64,000 bases of DNA from Eledone cirrhosa. Taxonomy: Eukaryota. The notes under the pieces are model-generated. The model was not told the DNA's origin and did not search any database. It saw nothing but the letters and a program-made list of their open reading frames with translations. The stretch's first letter is position 1. Each line of letters begins with the position of its first letter. Made by a program: the position numbers and the translations under genes. The DNA is taken from assembly GCA_964016885.1 (NCBI GenBank), contig OZ024761.1, positions 15,438,001 to 15,502,000 of the forward strand, read 5' to 3'. Shown in pieces: positions 30,388 through 45,171 of this stretch.

Positions 30388-30500
30388 GGCGTTATTTGAG
30401 GGAGATTAAAGACAGGAGAGAGTTATTTGAGGGAGATTAAAGACGGGAGAGCGTTATTTGAGGGAAATTTAAGACAGGATAGCGTTATTTGAGGAAGATT
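30388..30500. repeat. 31-bp tandem repeat, about 4 copies
   Basis: GCGTTATTTGAGGGAGATTAAAGACAGGAGA units. Confidence 0.85.
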
Positions 30501-31399
30501 TGAAGCCATGATTTTAACATTTCTTTTCCCGAAACGTTCCGAAACACTAAGTATACACACACAAATACACATATACATAGATACACATACACACATACAT
30601 ACATACATACACACATACTCACATACTCACATACACACACACACACATACACACTTGTTACTTCTGGTTGTTTTCGTAGTTTTTTTTAAAATTATTTTGG
30701 TTGTTGTGTTGATGTATAATTAATCCATCTGTCGTCTGTGTAAAGATGTCTGTGTAAAGATGGCGGGTATGGTGAAGATTGGGGTGGGAAGGGCAAACAC
30801 TTAAACCCACCACCACCGCCACCACAACCACCACCGCCACCACAACCGCCACCACAACCGCCGCCACAACCACCACCACCGCCACCACAACCGCCACCAC
30901 CACCGCAACTACAACCACAACCGCCGCCACAACCACCACCACCGCAACTACAACCGCCGCCACCACCACCACCGCAACTACAACCGCCACTACAACCACA
31001 CTCTTTCTCCATCCCATCTTCCTCAACCACTCAGAACTCCATCCTCCTCCTCCCTTCACTACCCCTATCCTTCTCCACCCCTCACTATTTCCTCCTCCTC
31101 CTCCACCCCTCACTACCCCCCCCCCCTCCTCCACCCTCACTAGCCTCTCCTCTATCCCGACAATACCCCTCCCCCCTCACTAGCCTCCTCCTCCTTCACC
31201 CCGAAAATTCCCGCCCACCTCCACCCCGACAACCCTCATCCACCTCCACCCCGACAACCCTCATCCGCCGCCACCCCGACAACCCTCATCGCCCTCCACC
31301 CCGGGTGGTTGTTATTTTTGTCTCACCCCCGAAGCATCCAGACACTTGAGATTTTGGCACTGGAAATTAACTCCGAAGGACCAGATAGTGACAGCTGTA

Positions 31400-32037
31400 T
31401 GATGGTGGCGGTGGTGTTGAAGGTAGTGGTGGTGGTGGCGGTAGGGGTTGTAGTGGTGTGGGGTTGGAGGTAGTGGTGGTGGAGGTAGGGGTTGTAGTGG
31501 TGGAAGTGGTGCGGTGGTGGTGTGGGGTTGGAGGTAGTGGGGGTAGCGGTGTGGGGTAGGAGGTAGTGGAGGTAGTGGTGTGGGTAGTGGTGCGGTGGTG
31601 GTGTGGGGTTGGAGGTAGTGGGGGTAGCGGTGTGGAGGTAGTGGTGTGGGGTAAGAGGTAGTGGGGGTAGTGGAACGGTGGTGGTGTGGGGTTGGAGGTA
31701 ATGGTTGTAGTGGTGGTAGTGGAACGGTGGTGGTGTGGGGTTGGAGGTAGTGGTGGTAGTGGTGGTGGTGGTGCGGTAGTGGTGGTAGTGCTGTGGTGGT
31801 GGTGTGGGGTTGGAGGTAGTGGGGGTAGTGGTGGTAGTGGTGTGGTGGTGGTGTGGGGTTGGAGGTAGTGGGGGTAGTGGTGGTAGTGGTGTGGTGGTGG
31901 TGTGGGGTTGGAGGTAGTGGGGGTAGTGGTGGTAGTGCTGTGGTGGTGGTGTGGGGTTGGAGGTAGTGGGGGTAGTGGTGGTAGTGCTGTGGTGGTGGTG
32001 TGGGGTTGGAGGTGGTGGGGGTAGTGGTGGTGGTGGG
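31400..32037. repeat. G-rich GGT/GTG minisatellite
   Basis: Repeated GGTGGTGTGGGGTTGGAGGTAGTGG. Confidence 0.9.
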
Positions 32038-32126
32038 TTGAATGTAGGTTATTTTAATTTCTATAAAAGAATCCTTATACATCATCATCATTACTTAACG
32101 TCCGTTTTCCCCGCTAGCAAGAGCTG

Positions 32127-32194
<68 letters not shown>

Positions 32195-32239
32195 ATATAC
32201 ACATATGCATATATATATATATACACACACACACACATA

Positions 32240-32283
<44 letters not shown>

Positions 32284-32313
32284 TATATATATATACACAC
32301 ACACACACACATA

Positions 32314-32357
<44 letters not shown>

Positions 32358-32393
32358 TATGCATATATATATATATATATACACACACATATG

Positions 32394-32451
<58 letters not shown>

Positions 32452-32458
32452 TATGCAC

Positions 32459-32491
<33 letters not shown>

Positions 32492-32689
32492 TATGCATAT
32501 ATATATATATACTTATTAAAATAACAGATTAAAGTTTAAGCAAAGAATCGCTGCTTTCACCCTTAACGGAATCTGCTGAAGATCCCGTTAAGGGTGAAAA
32601 CAGCGATTCTTTGCTTAAACTTTAATCTGTTATTTTAATAAATATATATATATATATATACACACATACACACATATATACACACACAC

Positions 32690-32746
<57 letters not shown>

Positions 32747-33299
32747 TGTATGTATGTATGTATATATATATATATATAAATGAGTGTAGATACATGTACC
32801 ATATATGTGTATATATATCATTACTGCAATAACAGAAATTCAATTCCGTCACGTCTTCCGGTAGCGCATGTGCAAAAGTCATCAATACTATAATAATAGA
32901 AATTCAAACCTACCACGTCCTCCATTCATCAGCGCATGTGCAGAAGTCGTCTGCTATTAACATCCATCTTGCTATTTTGCTCTGTTTTTTTTATAACACT
33001 ATCGTTAGTTTTTCATGTGGCGTTGCGCCTCAAAGGACAGAATCAGAAGCGATTAGGGGATAGATTCAAATGCTATCGTTTTACGTCCGTTCTTTCATGT
33101 TTGTGAAGGTGTGTAGCCGTGTCTTTAGGGCAGTAATGGGCGAAGCTCTCTGAATGGCTCGCCTAAGTCACCTAAGTGAAATCTTTCTGATTTTTTTACC
33201 CCAACTTTTCAGTCGTAATTTATCTTTCTATCATTTTTACGATCGAGGAAAACAATGTGTACGAATGTGGCCCCTTTCTCTTCCAGTAGGATGGAACAC

Positions 33300-33714
33300 C
33301 TGCCCGCACTTTAAACAGGACTCATGGGTGGCTCCGCGACAATGTCTCTAATTTCTTGTCCAAGGAAGGATGGCCTCCCTCAAGCCCAGACCTCAACCCA
33401 ATGGACTTTAGCATTTGGTCCATCCTGGCGACCAATGCTTTTGCTAAATCTCATCGTTCAGTAGCGGCTTTGAAGAGGTTTCTGCAGCGTGAATCGTAAA
33501 AAATACCACTAGAAGTCTCGTGTGCCGCTGTTGAAGCAGAGCTTGGTAGACTTAAGTTTGTGATAAAGAAACGAGGCGTATTTATTAAATAATGTTTTTG
33601 CTGTAACATTGCTGAAAATGTTAAAAATTAGTGAGCAAGTTTTCAAGTAAATTGGTTCAGATTTGGCTGAGATACATTGTTTAACCTTTGTAACAGAACG
33701 TTTGGGTCACCCTG
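33300..33714 (+). mobile_element. Decayed Tc1/mariner-superfamily (maT/DD37D-like) transposase 3' part and right terminal repeat
   Basis: From 33371 reads WPPSSPDLNPMDFSIWSIL...RES*KIP...RLKFVIKKRG, with FKQDS upstream. The end TTTGGGTCACCCTG is followed by TA. Confidence 0.85.
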
Positions 33715-34350
33715 TATATGTCATGGGGGACAAGGTCTGGTCCTTTAGAGGAAAGAAAAGTGTCATCTTTTAGGGGCTATTTGGCTGTTGGGAAGAAGAT
33801 TATCTAAGCAAGCCGATGGACTAATTTAGGGGCTGCTCCCCCTCTCACATTATCTCTTTCTGTCTATCTATCTATCTATCTATCTGAAAAGATATCTATC
33901 TATCTACCTACCCCTCTATCTCTATCTCTATGTCTTTTTACTGGGAGTTCAATTCAGTGCTGGAATCGTGTTGCAACAGGTGTTGTGTATGACTTTGTAG
34001 GTGGAGTCACAGGGCCATTGGGGAACTATGGTGGGAGAGGTTGTGGTGATACAGGCGTGGTGATGATGATGATGTGGTCGTGGTGTGATGGTAATAGTGA
34101 TGATGATGGTCGTGGAGGTTTTGGGCGTAATGGCGGTGGAGGTGGTGGTGGTGGTGTTGGGCGTGGTCACATGACAGGATATTTGGGTTCCTAGGTGCAA
34201 CAGTTTATATATCCTCCATATCCACACTACAGGATGGAGATAACCTCTGTAGTACGATACATACATACATACATACATACATGTATATGTATGTATATAT
34301 TTATATATAGAGAGAGAGAGAAAGAGAGATAGAGAGAGAGAAAGAGAGAT

Positions 34351-34386
<36 letters not shown>

Positions 34387-34570
34387 GAAAAAGTGTCATT
34401 TGAAGAAATAGATCGTTGACAGCAATTACAGGAAAAGCGGTCACAGAAACCTGGAGAGGTGTGGGTGTAGTGTGGTGTGGTGTGGTGTGGTGTGATGTGA
34501 TGTAGTGTGATTGATAGTTGATATTAATGACGTGGCTAACGATGATGATGATCATCATCATGTTGAAATT

Positions 34571-34602
<32 letters not shown>

Positions 34603-35497
34603 GTACACATATATATGTTCCATTTTCAATTTATTTTTACCTCTACATTTCTCGCTAATTTCCCCTCACCCCTCGGGGTTTCTACCCCCACCCCCACACA
34701 CACACTCTCCTGATGAAAGGCTTATGCTCGAAACGTCGCAACCATACCCCTCACTCTCACCAAGCTTGAAACTAATAATATTTGTAACATTTACTCGTGC
34801 GTTTGTCTGTTTTTTTGTTTTCTGTTATTCCGAATTAACTAACTATATATACATACACACACATATATAAATATAAGGACCTTGTTTCAGGGGGGTACCA
34901 GGAGACAAGTCCCCCACCACTTTTACAAACGTCTATATTTTCTTTTTTGTTTATTTGATATAATAATTTCTTTTTAAGCTTATTTTTTATATCTGAACTT
35001 CATTTGAATATATAAATTAAAATAAATATATTTAATTAGCGTAAAATTTTACTTATGTGACAGGGTCCTGGAAAGGCAGCATAAGCAATTTATGGTCCTT
35101 TAAGAATCAACAAATCTTGGTTTGTCCCCTTCACATTTTTAAGGCAAACGAGGCCTCTGTATATATATATGTATATATATATATGTATATATATATATGT
35201 GCCGTCGGGGTTAAACATTTTCCTATAGATATATAACGGCGATGAATTAGTTTTCCGAGGTTTTTTATATGAAATCGTGTGTCGAAACAAATATTGTTAT
35301 TGTTAGACTATATATATGTGTTTGTGTCTATATTATATCTGTATTTTTGACCGTTGGTCAGTCAATGGTAACATTGAGGACCGAATAAATTAAATTAACC
35401 GATATAAAAGACACAATCGAAAACCAACCAAATAGTGAGTGTGTTCTGTTATTAATTCTGGCAATATTATTACACAAATATGACCCTCCCTAAGTAT

Positions 35498-35566
<69 letters not shown>

Positions 35567-36211
35567 GTTAAAATAACAGATTAAAGTTTAAGCAAAGAAT
35601 CGCTGCTTTCACCCATAGCAGGATCTTCTGAAACTAAAAAAAAAATCAATCTGTGAACGCAGAAGTAAATATTTCGAAAAACGTTGCAACAGAAGAAAAA
35701 CAGGAAGACGATACTTTGGTTCATGAAGACGTTCCCTGGCAATGAACGGGAAAAACCGGAGATAATACGTCGTTATGTGGAGCGATGAGAAACTGTTAAT
35801 TATATTTCATTTCAGTCGTTTGTATTATCTTAATATTTATGTTCTATGAGTTTATATTGTTACTTAAATATCTTCAAACATGGATTTCATATAACTCAAA
35901 CCAGAATTGTATATAGCCTTCTGAATGGATTATAGGTTTATAGTGTTAAATCTCTTAATTTGAGCTGTAATCTTGCTTCACCTTCTTCATGTTGTCTTGT
36001 TCGGAAACGATCTTTTATGAACTCTATATATATATATGCGGTACCCCAGCATGGCCTCAACCGGATGGCTGGAACAGGTAAAAGAGAATATATGAATGTA
36101 TGTACAGTATATTTGGCAATATACTGTATGTTTAATTAAAAACATTTGGAGACCATTTGCTATGAGTTTTAAAGTAGTGACTATGTCACTTACATATTCT
36201 CGACAAAAATA

Positions 36212-36266
<55 letters not shown>

Positions 36267-36351
36267 TAAGTTATTCCGGGTTGAGTCGGAGGTAACCACA
36301 GTAAGTAAGGTACTCAATACATAGCAGAGTATAAAAGTTTTAATATAGATG

Positions 36352-36402
36352 AGATTCTACAGGACTAGAACTGTTTCATTCTTTAGAAATCATCAGGAAT
36401 CT
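36352..36402 (-). ncRNA. Type I hammerhead, family C
   Basis: AGATTC-CTGATGA-TTTCTAAAGAAT-GAA-ACAG(TTCTAGTC)CTGT-A-GAATCT; stem I covaries with the 12700 copy. Confidence 0.75.
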
Positions 36403-37076
36403 GTCTGTCCAAAATAAATGTTGTGGTATTTATATCTTTTCTGGTGGTAGGGTCATTGGTTGAAAGAAAAGGGAATTCATTAAAAGCTAATTCTTTAAGG
36501 CTATAATTTATATTTAGAGTGACAAAGGCAGAAAGAATTCTATAAACAAGTTCAAATTGGGGTGCCACTCCTTATTTTTAAGTTTCTCTTAAGCTAACAA
36601 TGCCTATATTTCAGGTGTCCCATAAGATGGTTGGGGCTCGGTCATGGTTGATGGATTTAAAGAAAAGGGAAATTCTTTAAAAGCTAATTCTTTAAAGCTC
36701 TACTTAGAGTGACAAAGGCCAAGAGAATTCTATAAACCAGTTCAAATATTGGGTGCCTATCATTATTGTCATGTTTCTCTTAAGCTATATTTCAGGTGTC
36801 AACAAACACATTCACACACACACACACACATCTTACGTTTTTCCCACATCTTACGTTAACTATTTTCCCATTTTGACGCTATAGTCACTTATATATTATG
36901 GAATACTGTTGGCTTCTTGCTACAATACTTTCTATACCTTTCTTTTATATATATATATTACTCTTTTACCTTTTCCAGCCATCTGGCTGAGGCCATGCTG
37001 GGGTACTGCCCTTGTCATATATATATAGTAATAATAATAATTATGAAGACCAAAATCCTAAGAGGGCTTGATAAGG

Positions 37077-37116
<40 letters not shown>

Positions 37117-37186
37117 CACCGCCCTATATAATGATGATGACGATGTATATTATATTGAGTTCGCGGCTTGATATATTTGTGTGTGC

Positions 37187-37242
<56 letters not shown>

Positions 37243-37283
37243 TAAAATAACAGATTAAAGTTTAAGCAAAGAATCGGTGTGTT

Positions 37284-37328
<45 letters not shown>

Positions 37329-37338
37329 GTGTGCGTGC

Positions 37339-37411
<73 letters not shown>

Positions 37412-37857
37412 AACACACACATGGATGAGGGAGAAAGGGTTGTTGTTTGTTCCTGGTGTGTAAAGAGGTTATCGACACGAACGTGTCGCATCAGCAATGT
37501 TCACGCTGCGGCGTCATGCTCGGGTCCTCAGCGTCAGTCCTATAAACGTGTCGATAAATCCGTAGGGGCGAAGTGACATGGCGAGGGAGGAGGGAGCGGG
37601 TACACTTGAATAATTTTCCACAGGGTGAACCGCTAGCTATCCTTTTTCAGAGACCCTACCCCCCCCCCCTCGCCTGTAAAAAAAAAAAGTGACTGTCATA
37701 AGGCCAGAAAGTAGGGCCTAGCACAGCCAGATTCACCAAAATATTTTCTTTTATCTGATGAAGCCGCAACGTTGAGTGAAACATGCAACAGTGCTTGCCG
37801 ATCGACCAACGTAGTTATGTTTGTGTGTGTGTATATGTGTATATGTATGCATGTGTG

Positions 37858-37912
<55 letters not shown>

Positions 37913-38017
37913 ATATATGTGTATATGTATGCGTGTGTGTGTATATATATATATATATATGTGTGTGTATGTGTGTGTGTGTTTGTGTGTGTGTGTGTAT
38001 ATATGTATGCATGTGTG

Positions 38018-38048
<31 letters not shown>

Positions 38049-38081
38049 TTGTGTATATATGTGTATATGTATGCATGTGTG

Positions 38082-38116
<35 letters not shown>

Positions 38117-38151
38117 TTGTGTGTATATGTGTATATGTATGCATGTGTGTG

Positions 38152-38198
<47 letters not shown>

Positions 38199-38223
38199 AT
38201 ATGTGTATATGTATGCATGTGTG

Positions 38224-38256
<33 letters not shown>

Positions 38257-38481
38257 ATATGTGTGTGTTTAGTTGATAGCAATGATTTGTGAAATGAATG
38301 CACAGCGGGTTATAGTCTGGGGCAGCCCCTCCACGTGGTCCCTGCTAGAGTAATAGCAGCTAAATTTCCCACCCAGAGTGATGAGACAGACAGATTTATA
38401 GACAAACAGGCAGACAGACAGACAGATAGACAGACAAGCACATAGATAGATAGAGAGACAGACAGACAGATAGATAGATAT

Positions 38482-38963
38482 CTTTCTTTATTTGCCACAG
38501 GGGCGTACAAAAATGGGACATTACAGGACGTGACGGCGGGGGTTTTACATAAAAATCTTTAGATAGATAGACAGATAGATATGTTTCTTTATTAGCCACA
38601 GGGGCACAAAAGAAGGGGACAAATACAAAGGGGGAAGTTTACATACAATAAAAACGTGTAAAATATTATCACAAATGCAATTTAAAAAATTAGTCGATTT
38701 TCCCCAATAGGGGGAGACAGTTCATATGGGTAACACATACCCCCGAAAAAATGTGAAGCCCTCATCTCCAGGAGTACGAAGAGTTTGTACTCCTTTCCTC
38801 TCCTCCTCCTTTTCCTTAACCTACAGGCTGATATAGAGAGAAGGTCCATTCACTCGGGCCATCCTCGCCACTTTCACCCACCTTTCATAAAACTTGCTGG
38901 GGTACAGCACCTCTCTCTCCATCCTGATTCTTCTTCCAAAGTGGTATTTGAAAAAAAGAATCA
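38482..38963 (-). mobile_element. Two more L1/Tx1-like 3' ends in (GATA/GACA)n: 38482-38560 and 38583-38963
   Basis: 38583-38963 is highly similar to 23433-23812. Confidence 0.75.
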
Positions 38964-40927
38964 GATAGATAGATAAATAGATAGATAGACAGATAGATAA
39001 ATAGGGAGGTTAGGAAAATAAATGGTTCACCATTTATTGGCGGTGATGGGGGCTATGGTGATGAATAAGAAGACGAAGACCAGAAATAAAATAACATCTT
39101 GGTGGTATTTGGTGACAGGGAATCTGATGGCGTTCGTCTTAGTCTTAGAATGGCTGCCAAACCAACTTTTTAAAATATTTTTAACACATGCGCACGCACA
39201 CACAAACGCACACATACACATACACACACACGCACACACTCACTCACATGCATACACATACACACACGCACATATGTACACATGCACAGACACACACGAA
39301 CACACACACACACACAGAGACACAGACCCGCACAAAAATGCACGCGCACACATACATGCACACACGAATACGCACACGTTCACACACGAACACGCGCGCG
39401 CGCGCATATGCAATCACACACATACATGAACACACGAACACATACACATACACACACATACATACACATACACACATACATACACACACACACACATACA
39501 CAGACACACACGCACACACAGACACACACACACAGACACACACACGTAGACACACAGACAGACATACACACACACACACAGACACACACAGACACACACA
39601 CACACATCGCTGCAAAAGCGAAAAGAAATACTCCTGAAATTTATTTAGCATTTTTCTGGTGGTGTTTGGGGGGGGGGTCTAACTCTTACCTCATACCATC
39701 CCTCCTTCATCACTTCTTCTCCACCTCTTCCTCCTTCTCCCACCACCTCTCTCTCTCCTCCTCCTCTTCCACCACCCCCTCTACATTCCACACACCCCCC
39801 CCCCATCGTCTTCACAGAGAATGACGAAAATATTGCATGGCATAACAGCTTCCGTTTATGTATGTATGTGTATGTATGTGTGTATGTATGTGTGTATGTA
39901 TGTATGTGTGTGTGTATGTATATATGTGTGTGTGTATGTATATATGTGTATGTATATATGTATATATGTATGTAAGTATGTATGCAAGTATATGTGTCTG
40001 TATGTATGTATATGTGTGTATATATATGTGTCTGTATGCAAGTATATGTGTCTGTATGTATGTATGTATATGTGTGTATATATGTGTGTCTGTATGCAAG
40101 TATATGTGTCTGTATGTATGTATATGTGTCTGTATGTATGTATATATGTGTCTGTATGTATATGTGTGTCTGTGTATGTGTGTCTGTCTGTCTGTATGTA
40201 TATATATATGTCTGTGTCTGAATGTATATATATATATATATGTGTGTCTGTATGTATGTATATATATGTGTCAGTGTCTATGTGTATGTATGTATGTGTC
40301 AGTGTCTGTGTCTGTACATATATATATATATGTGTGTGTGTCTGTATGTATGTATATATATATATGTGTCTATGTATGTATATATATATGTGTGTCTGTA
40401 TATATATATATGTGTGTGTCTGTATGTATGTATATATGTGTGTCTATGTATGTATATATATATGTGTGTCTGTATATATATATGTGTGCGTGTGTCTGTA
40501 TGTATGTATATATGTGTGTCTCTCTGAATATGTATGTCTGTCTGTATGAGTACTTGTTGTTTTATTCCTCTCTCTTCCCCTCCCTCTCTCAGTCACTTTC
40601 TCTCTTTCTTCCTCTCTCTCTCTCTCTCTCTTCCCTCACCCCCCTCTCTCTCTGTCATTTTCTCTCTTTCTCCCCCCTCTCTCTGTCACTTTCTCTCTTT
40701 CTCCCCCACCCCTCTCTCTCTCTCTCTACCACTTTCTCTCTTTCTTCCTCTCTCTCTTCCCTCACCCCCCTCTCTCTCTGTCATTTTCTCTCTTTCTCCC
40801 CCCTCTCTCTGTCACTTTCTCTCTTTCTCCCCCACCCCTCTCTCTCTCTCTCTACCACTTTCTCTCTTTCTTCCTCTCTCCCTTCCCGCACCCCCCTCAC
40901 TCTCTTCCTGATTTCTTATACGTACAG

Positions 40928-42012
40928 GTTGTTGCTGCTGTGTTGTTATTCTGTTGTAGTTGTTGCTGCTGTGTTGTTGTTGCTGCTGCTGCTGTGTTGT
41001 TGTTGCTGCTGTGTTGTTGTTGTTGCTGCTGTTGTGTTGTTGCTGCTGTGTTGTTATTCTGTTGTAGTTGTTGCTGCTGTGTTGTTGTTGTTGCTGCTGC
41101 TGCTGTGTTGTTGTTGCTGTTGTGTTGTTGTTGTTGCTGCTGTTGTGTTGTTGCTGCTGTGTTGTTGTTATTCTGTTGTAGTTGTTGCTGCTGTGTTGTT
41201 GTTGCTGCTGCTGTGTTGTTGTTGCTGTTGTGTTGTTGTTGTTGCTGCTGTTGTGTTGTTGCTGCTGTGTTGTTATTCTGTTGTAGTTGTTGCTGCTGTG
41301 TTGTTGTTGTTGCTGCTGCTGCTGTGTTGTTGTTGCTGTTGTGTTGTTGTTGTTGCTGCTGTTGTGTTGTTGCTGCTGTGTTGTTGTTATTCTGTTGTAG
41401 TTGTTGCTGCTGTGTTGTTGTTGCTGCTGCTGTGTTGTTGTTGCTGTTGTGTTGTTGTTGTTGCTGCTGTTGTGTTGTTGCTGCTGTGTTGTTGTTATTC
41501 TGTTGTAGTTGTTGCTGCTGTGTTGTTGTTGTTGCTGCTGCTGTGTTGTTGTTGCTGCTGTTGTGTTATTATTCTGTTGTTGCTGCTGTGTTGTTGTTGC
41601 TGCTGCTGCTGTGTTGTTGTTGCTGCTGTTGTGTTGTTGTTGTGTTGTTGTTGCTGTGTTGTTATTATTCTGTTGTTGTAGTTGTTGTTGCTGCTGTTGT
41701 GTTGTTGTTGCTGTGTTGTTATTATTCTGTTGTTGTAGTTGTTGTTGCTGCTGTGTTGTTGTTGCTGTTGGTGTGTTGTTGCTGTTGTGTTAATGTTGTT
41801 GCTGCTGTGTTGTTGTTGTTGCTGCTGTTGTGTTGTTGTTGCTGTTGTGTTGTTGCTGCTGCTGTGTTGTTGTTGTTGCTGCTGCTGTGTTGTTGTTGCT
41901 GCTGTGTTGTTGTTGATGCTGTTGTGTTGTTGTTGCTGCTGTTGTGTTGTTGTTGCTGCTGTGTTGTTGTTGCTGCTGTGTTGTTATTATTCTGTTGTTG
42001 TTGTTGTTGTGG
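40928..42012. repeat. (TTG/CTG)n higher-order array
   Basis: Repeated TGTTATTCTGTTGTAGTTGTTGCTGCTG units. Confidence 0.9.
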
Positions 42013-43523
42013 TAGTGGTGGTGACAATATGGTCTAAGAATGTCATCTGGTTGATAATGTTAATCAAGATGATCTCATCTTCTATCATATAAGTACTTCT
42101 ATCAAATAAAGTACCAGTAATGTACTGGGTAATTACTGGCCTTGTGCCAAAAGTAAAAACAATTATATTATATAACATATGTTTTTCAATAATTTAAATA
42201 TCTAGATATTTAATTAAATGAATGTTGTTTTTTCGGTGGGTAGGGGGCGTATTTCGTTGAAATACCAGGGATTACCCTTTGAAATAATGAGTACTTATTA
42301 ACTATATGTTAAATTTTACTGCAATGGTTGACTTCACCTCCACCCCCATCCACATACATACACATTCATATGCACACATGCACATACATACACGTATGCG
42401 TACATACGCACACACAAACATACATATACATATACCAGCCAGAAACTCACCTATATGAGCGAGACACGGTCACTCGACCCAACTAGCCTCTAAATGGGAC
42501 AAACCCGTCTAACCCATGCTAGCCCGGAAGATAGACGTTAATCGATGATGATGATGATGATGATGATAAACACATACACATACACATGCCATGCATGCAT
42601 ACATACACAAACATACACATACATATAAACACATGCATACATGAAGGCGCATGGCTTAGTGGTTAGAGCATTGGCCTTGCAATCGAAAGGTTGTGAGTTC
42701 AATTCTTGAAGTGGGTGATGTGTGGTTTTTCCTTGAGCAAGACACTTTATTTCACATTGCTCCTGTTTACTCGGGTGTAGAAATGAGATGATAGGGACTG
42801 GGGTCGCTATCATTAAATCATCCAAGACACCTCCAACGAGATATACCTTGGAGGAGGCCAGCTAAACCTGCAGAGGTGTGAGCTGTCACACACAGACATG
42901 CATACATACACATACATACATACATACATACATACATACTTATATATATATGTGTGTGTGTGTGTGAGAATAAACGAAGCCAATTTTACCCTGTTGACTT
43001 ACATTATTCCGAAGTAAACAAACCAACTTGCGCACACCGTTGAGTGCTCCAACCTGCATATTAGGGTGTCGGTAAACAACCAACACATACTCAAAATTTT
43101 ATATATATATATATATATTTTTTTTTTTTTAACGATCGACTTTCGTCAAATCGGACCGAGGAAACAATGTTTCCGTTGGTCTTTCCAATTGCTAATACTA
43201 TCTATCGGTCGCAACTCCAGGTAGAAAGATCAACGTGAAATAAAATGTCTTGCTCAAGGACATAACGCATAACCCGGTCCGGGAATCGAACTCACAACCT
43301 CACGATTGCGAATCCAATTCTCTAACCACTCAGCCACACGTCTTCAATATATTATATATACACACATACACACAAACACACACATACATATATATATACA
43401 TACACTAGTTCCTTGATTCATAGTTTCTTGTTTGTGTTTGTATAATTTTTTTGTGACTTGAAACATAATCCTCTGTACCATTAACTGAACAAATGAATAA
43501 ATAAATAGGTAAGTTATGTATAC

Positions 43524-43554
<31 letters not shown>

Positions 43555-43560
43555 GGTGTA

Positions 43561-43594
<34 letters not shown>

Positions 43595-43661
43595 CTGGGT
43601 CATCAAGTATGAAATTTGTAGAAGTTTGTAGGAAAACAAACAAATTTCTACAAATTACATA

Positions 43662-43742
<81 letters not shown>

Positions 43743-43822
43743 GGAGAGAGAGAGAGACTATCATTCAAACAGTAGTGAAATTGAAATAGAGATGAATGAT
43801 GAGAGAAGAGCAAAAGGCCGCC

Positions 43823-43907
<85 letters not shown>

Positions 43908-44073
43908 GAGCGAGAGAGAGAGAATGTGTGGGGGGTTAATATAGAAATGAGCGTTAAATGAAGATAGATTGAGAGAAAAGGACACATATAGAGAGAGTGT
44001 GTAAGGGGACTATGTGTGTGTGAGGGGGGGGGGTTATAAATTGATAGAGAGAGAGAGATGGTGTGTAGGATTG

Positions 44074-44161
<88 letters not shown>

Positions 44162-44471
44162 AGCAGGCGATTATTTCTGCTGGTTTTTAAATGTCGTCTG
44201 CCTGTTGCAGGTCGTCGTCTCTCCAGTTAGAACAAAACGCCAGTACATTCTCACATAAATACTTACTTACTAGCTCCCGTTTTTTTGTTTGTTTCCCACG
44301 CTGAAGACAGTAAAAAATATATAAACCAGAGCAACAGGCAACAGCGACTACAACGACAACATAACATAGCATAACATATAACATTATCGTCCCCGTCAAA
44401 ATGTTAAAGCTAAGGCAGCGAACAGCCATGACAATAACAACCACAGCAGCAGCAACGCACACAAACATTTA

Positions 44472-44508
<37 letters not shown>

Positions 44509-44659
44509 AGGGTCAGACAACAAGGGAATTATATAAAAAGTTTTCGCAGTTTTTACGTGTACTACAACTACTACTACTATATCGACACAATCTCTACAAT
44601 TGCCATCACTGCTACCAATATCAAAACCACCACCATCTGCAGACCAATACAACACAGAA

Positions 44660-45152
44660 AATAAGCCTGGGCCAGTTGTAAACTGTAGGACATAACAAAG
44701 CTGGTAATAAGCTCGGACCAGATGTAAGATGAAGGTTATAATAACACAGGTAATAAGTCCGGGCCAGATGTAAGATGAAGGTTATAATAACACAGGTAAT
44801 AAGTCCGGGCCAGATGTAAGATGTAGGCCCTAACAAAACTGGAAATGAGCCCGGACTAGATGTAGACTGTAGGTCATAACAAAGCGAGTAATAAGCTCGG
44901 ACCAGATGTAAAATGTAGATCATAATAAAATTATTAATACACCTGGACCAGATGTAAGATGTAGGTTATAACAAAGCTGGTAATAAGCCGGAACAGATGT
45001 AAATGTAGGCAAATGTAGGCCCTAACAAAACTGGAAATAAGGCCCTGACTAGATGTGAAATGTACGTCATAACAAAACTATTAATAAACCCGGATCAGAT
45101 GTAAAATGAAGGTTATAACAAAATTGGTAATAAGCCCTACCCAGATGTAAAA
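44660..45152. repeat. ~45-bp minisatellite, about 11 diverged copies
   Basis: ATAAGCCCGGACCAGATGTAAGATGTAGGTTATAACAAAGCTGGTA-like units. Confidence 0.85.
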
Positions 45153-45171
45153 AACATTATTATTCCTGTTC

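Noticed and set aside
35800-36010. Possible endonuclease relic upstream of a family A copy
   Set aside because: Only a weak YNP peptide among many stops; not distinguishable from chance by eye.
37750-37795. CTGATGA...GAAAC hammerhead candidate
   Set aside because: Stem II is poor and no stem I partner or stem III closure is found.
39858-42037. 607-aa and 365-aa Cys/Val/Leu-rich ORFs
   Set aside because: They run through consecutive TG, CT and TTG/CTG repeats with no protein-like complexity.
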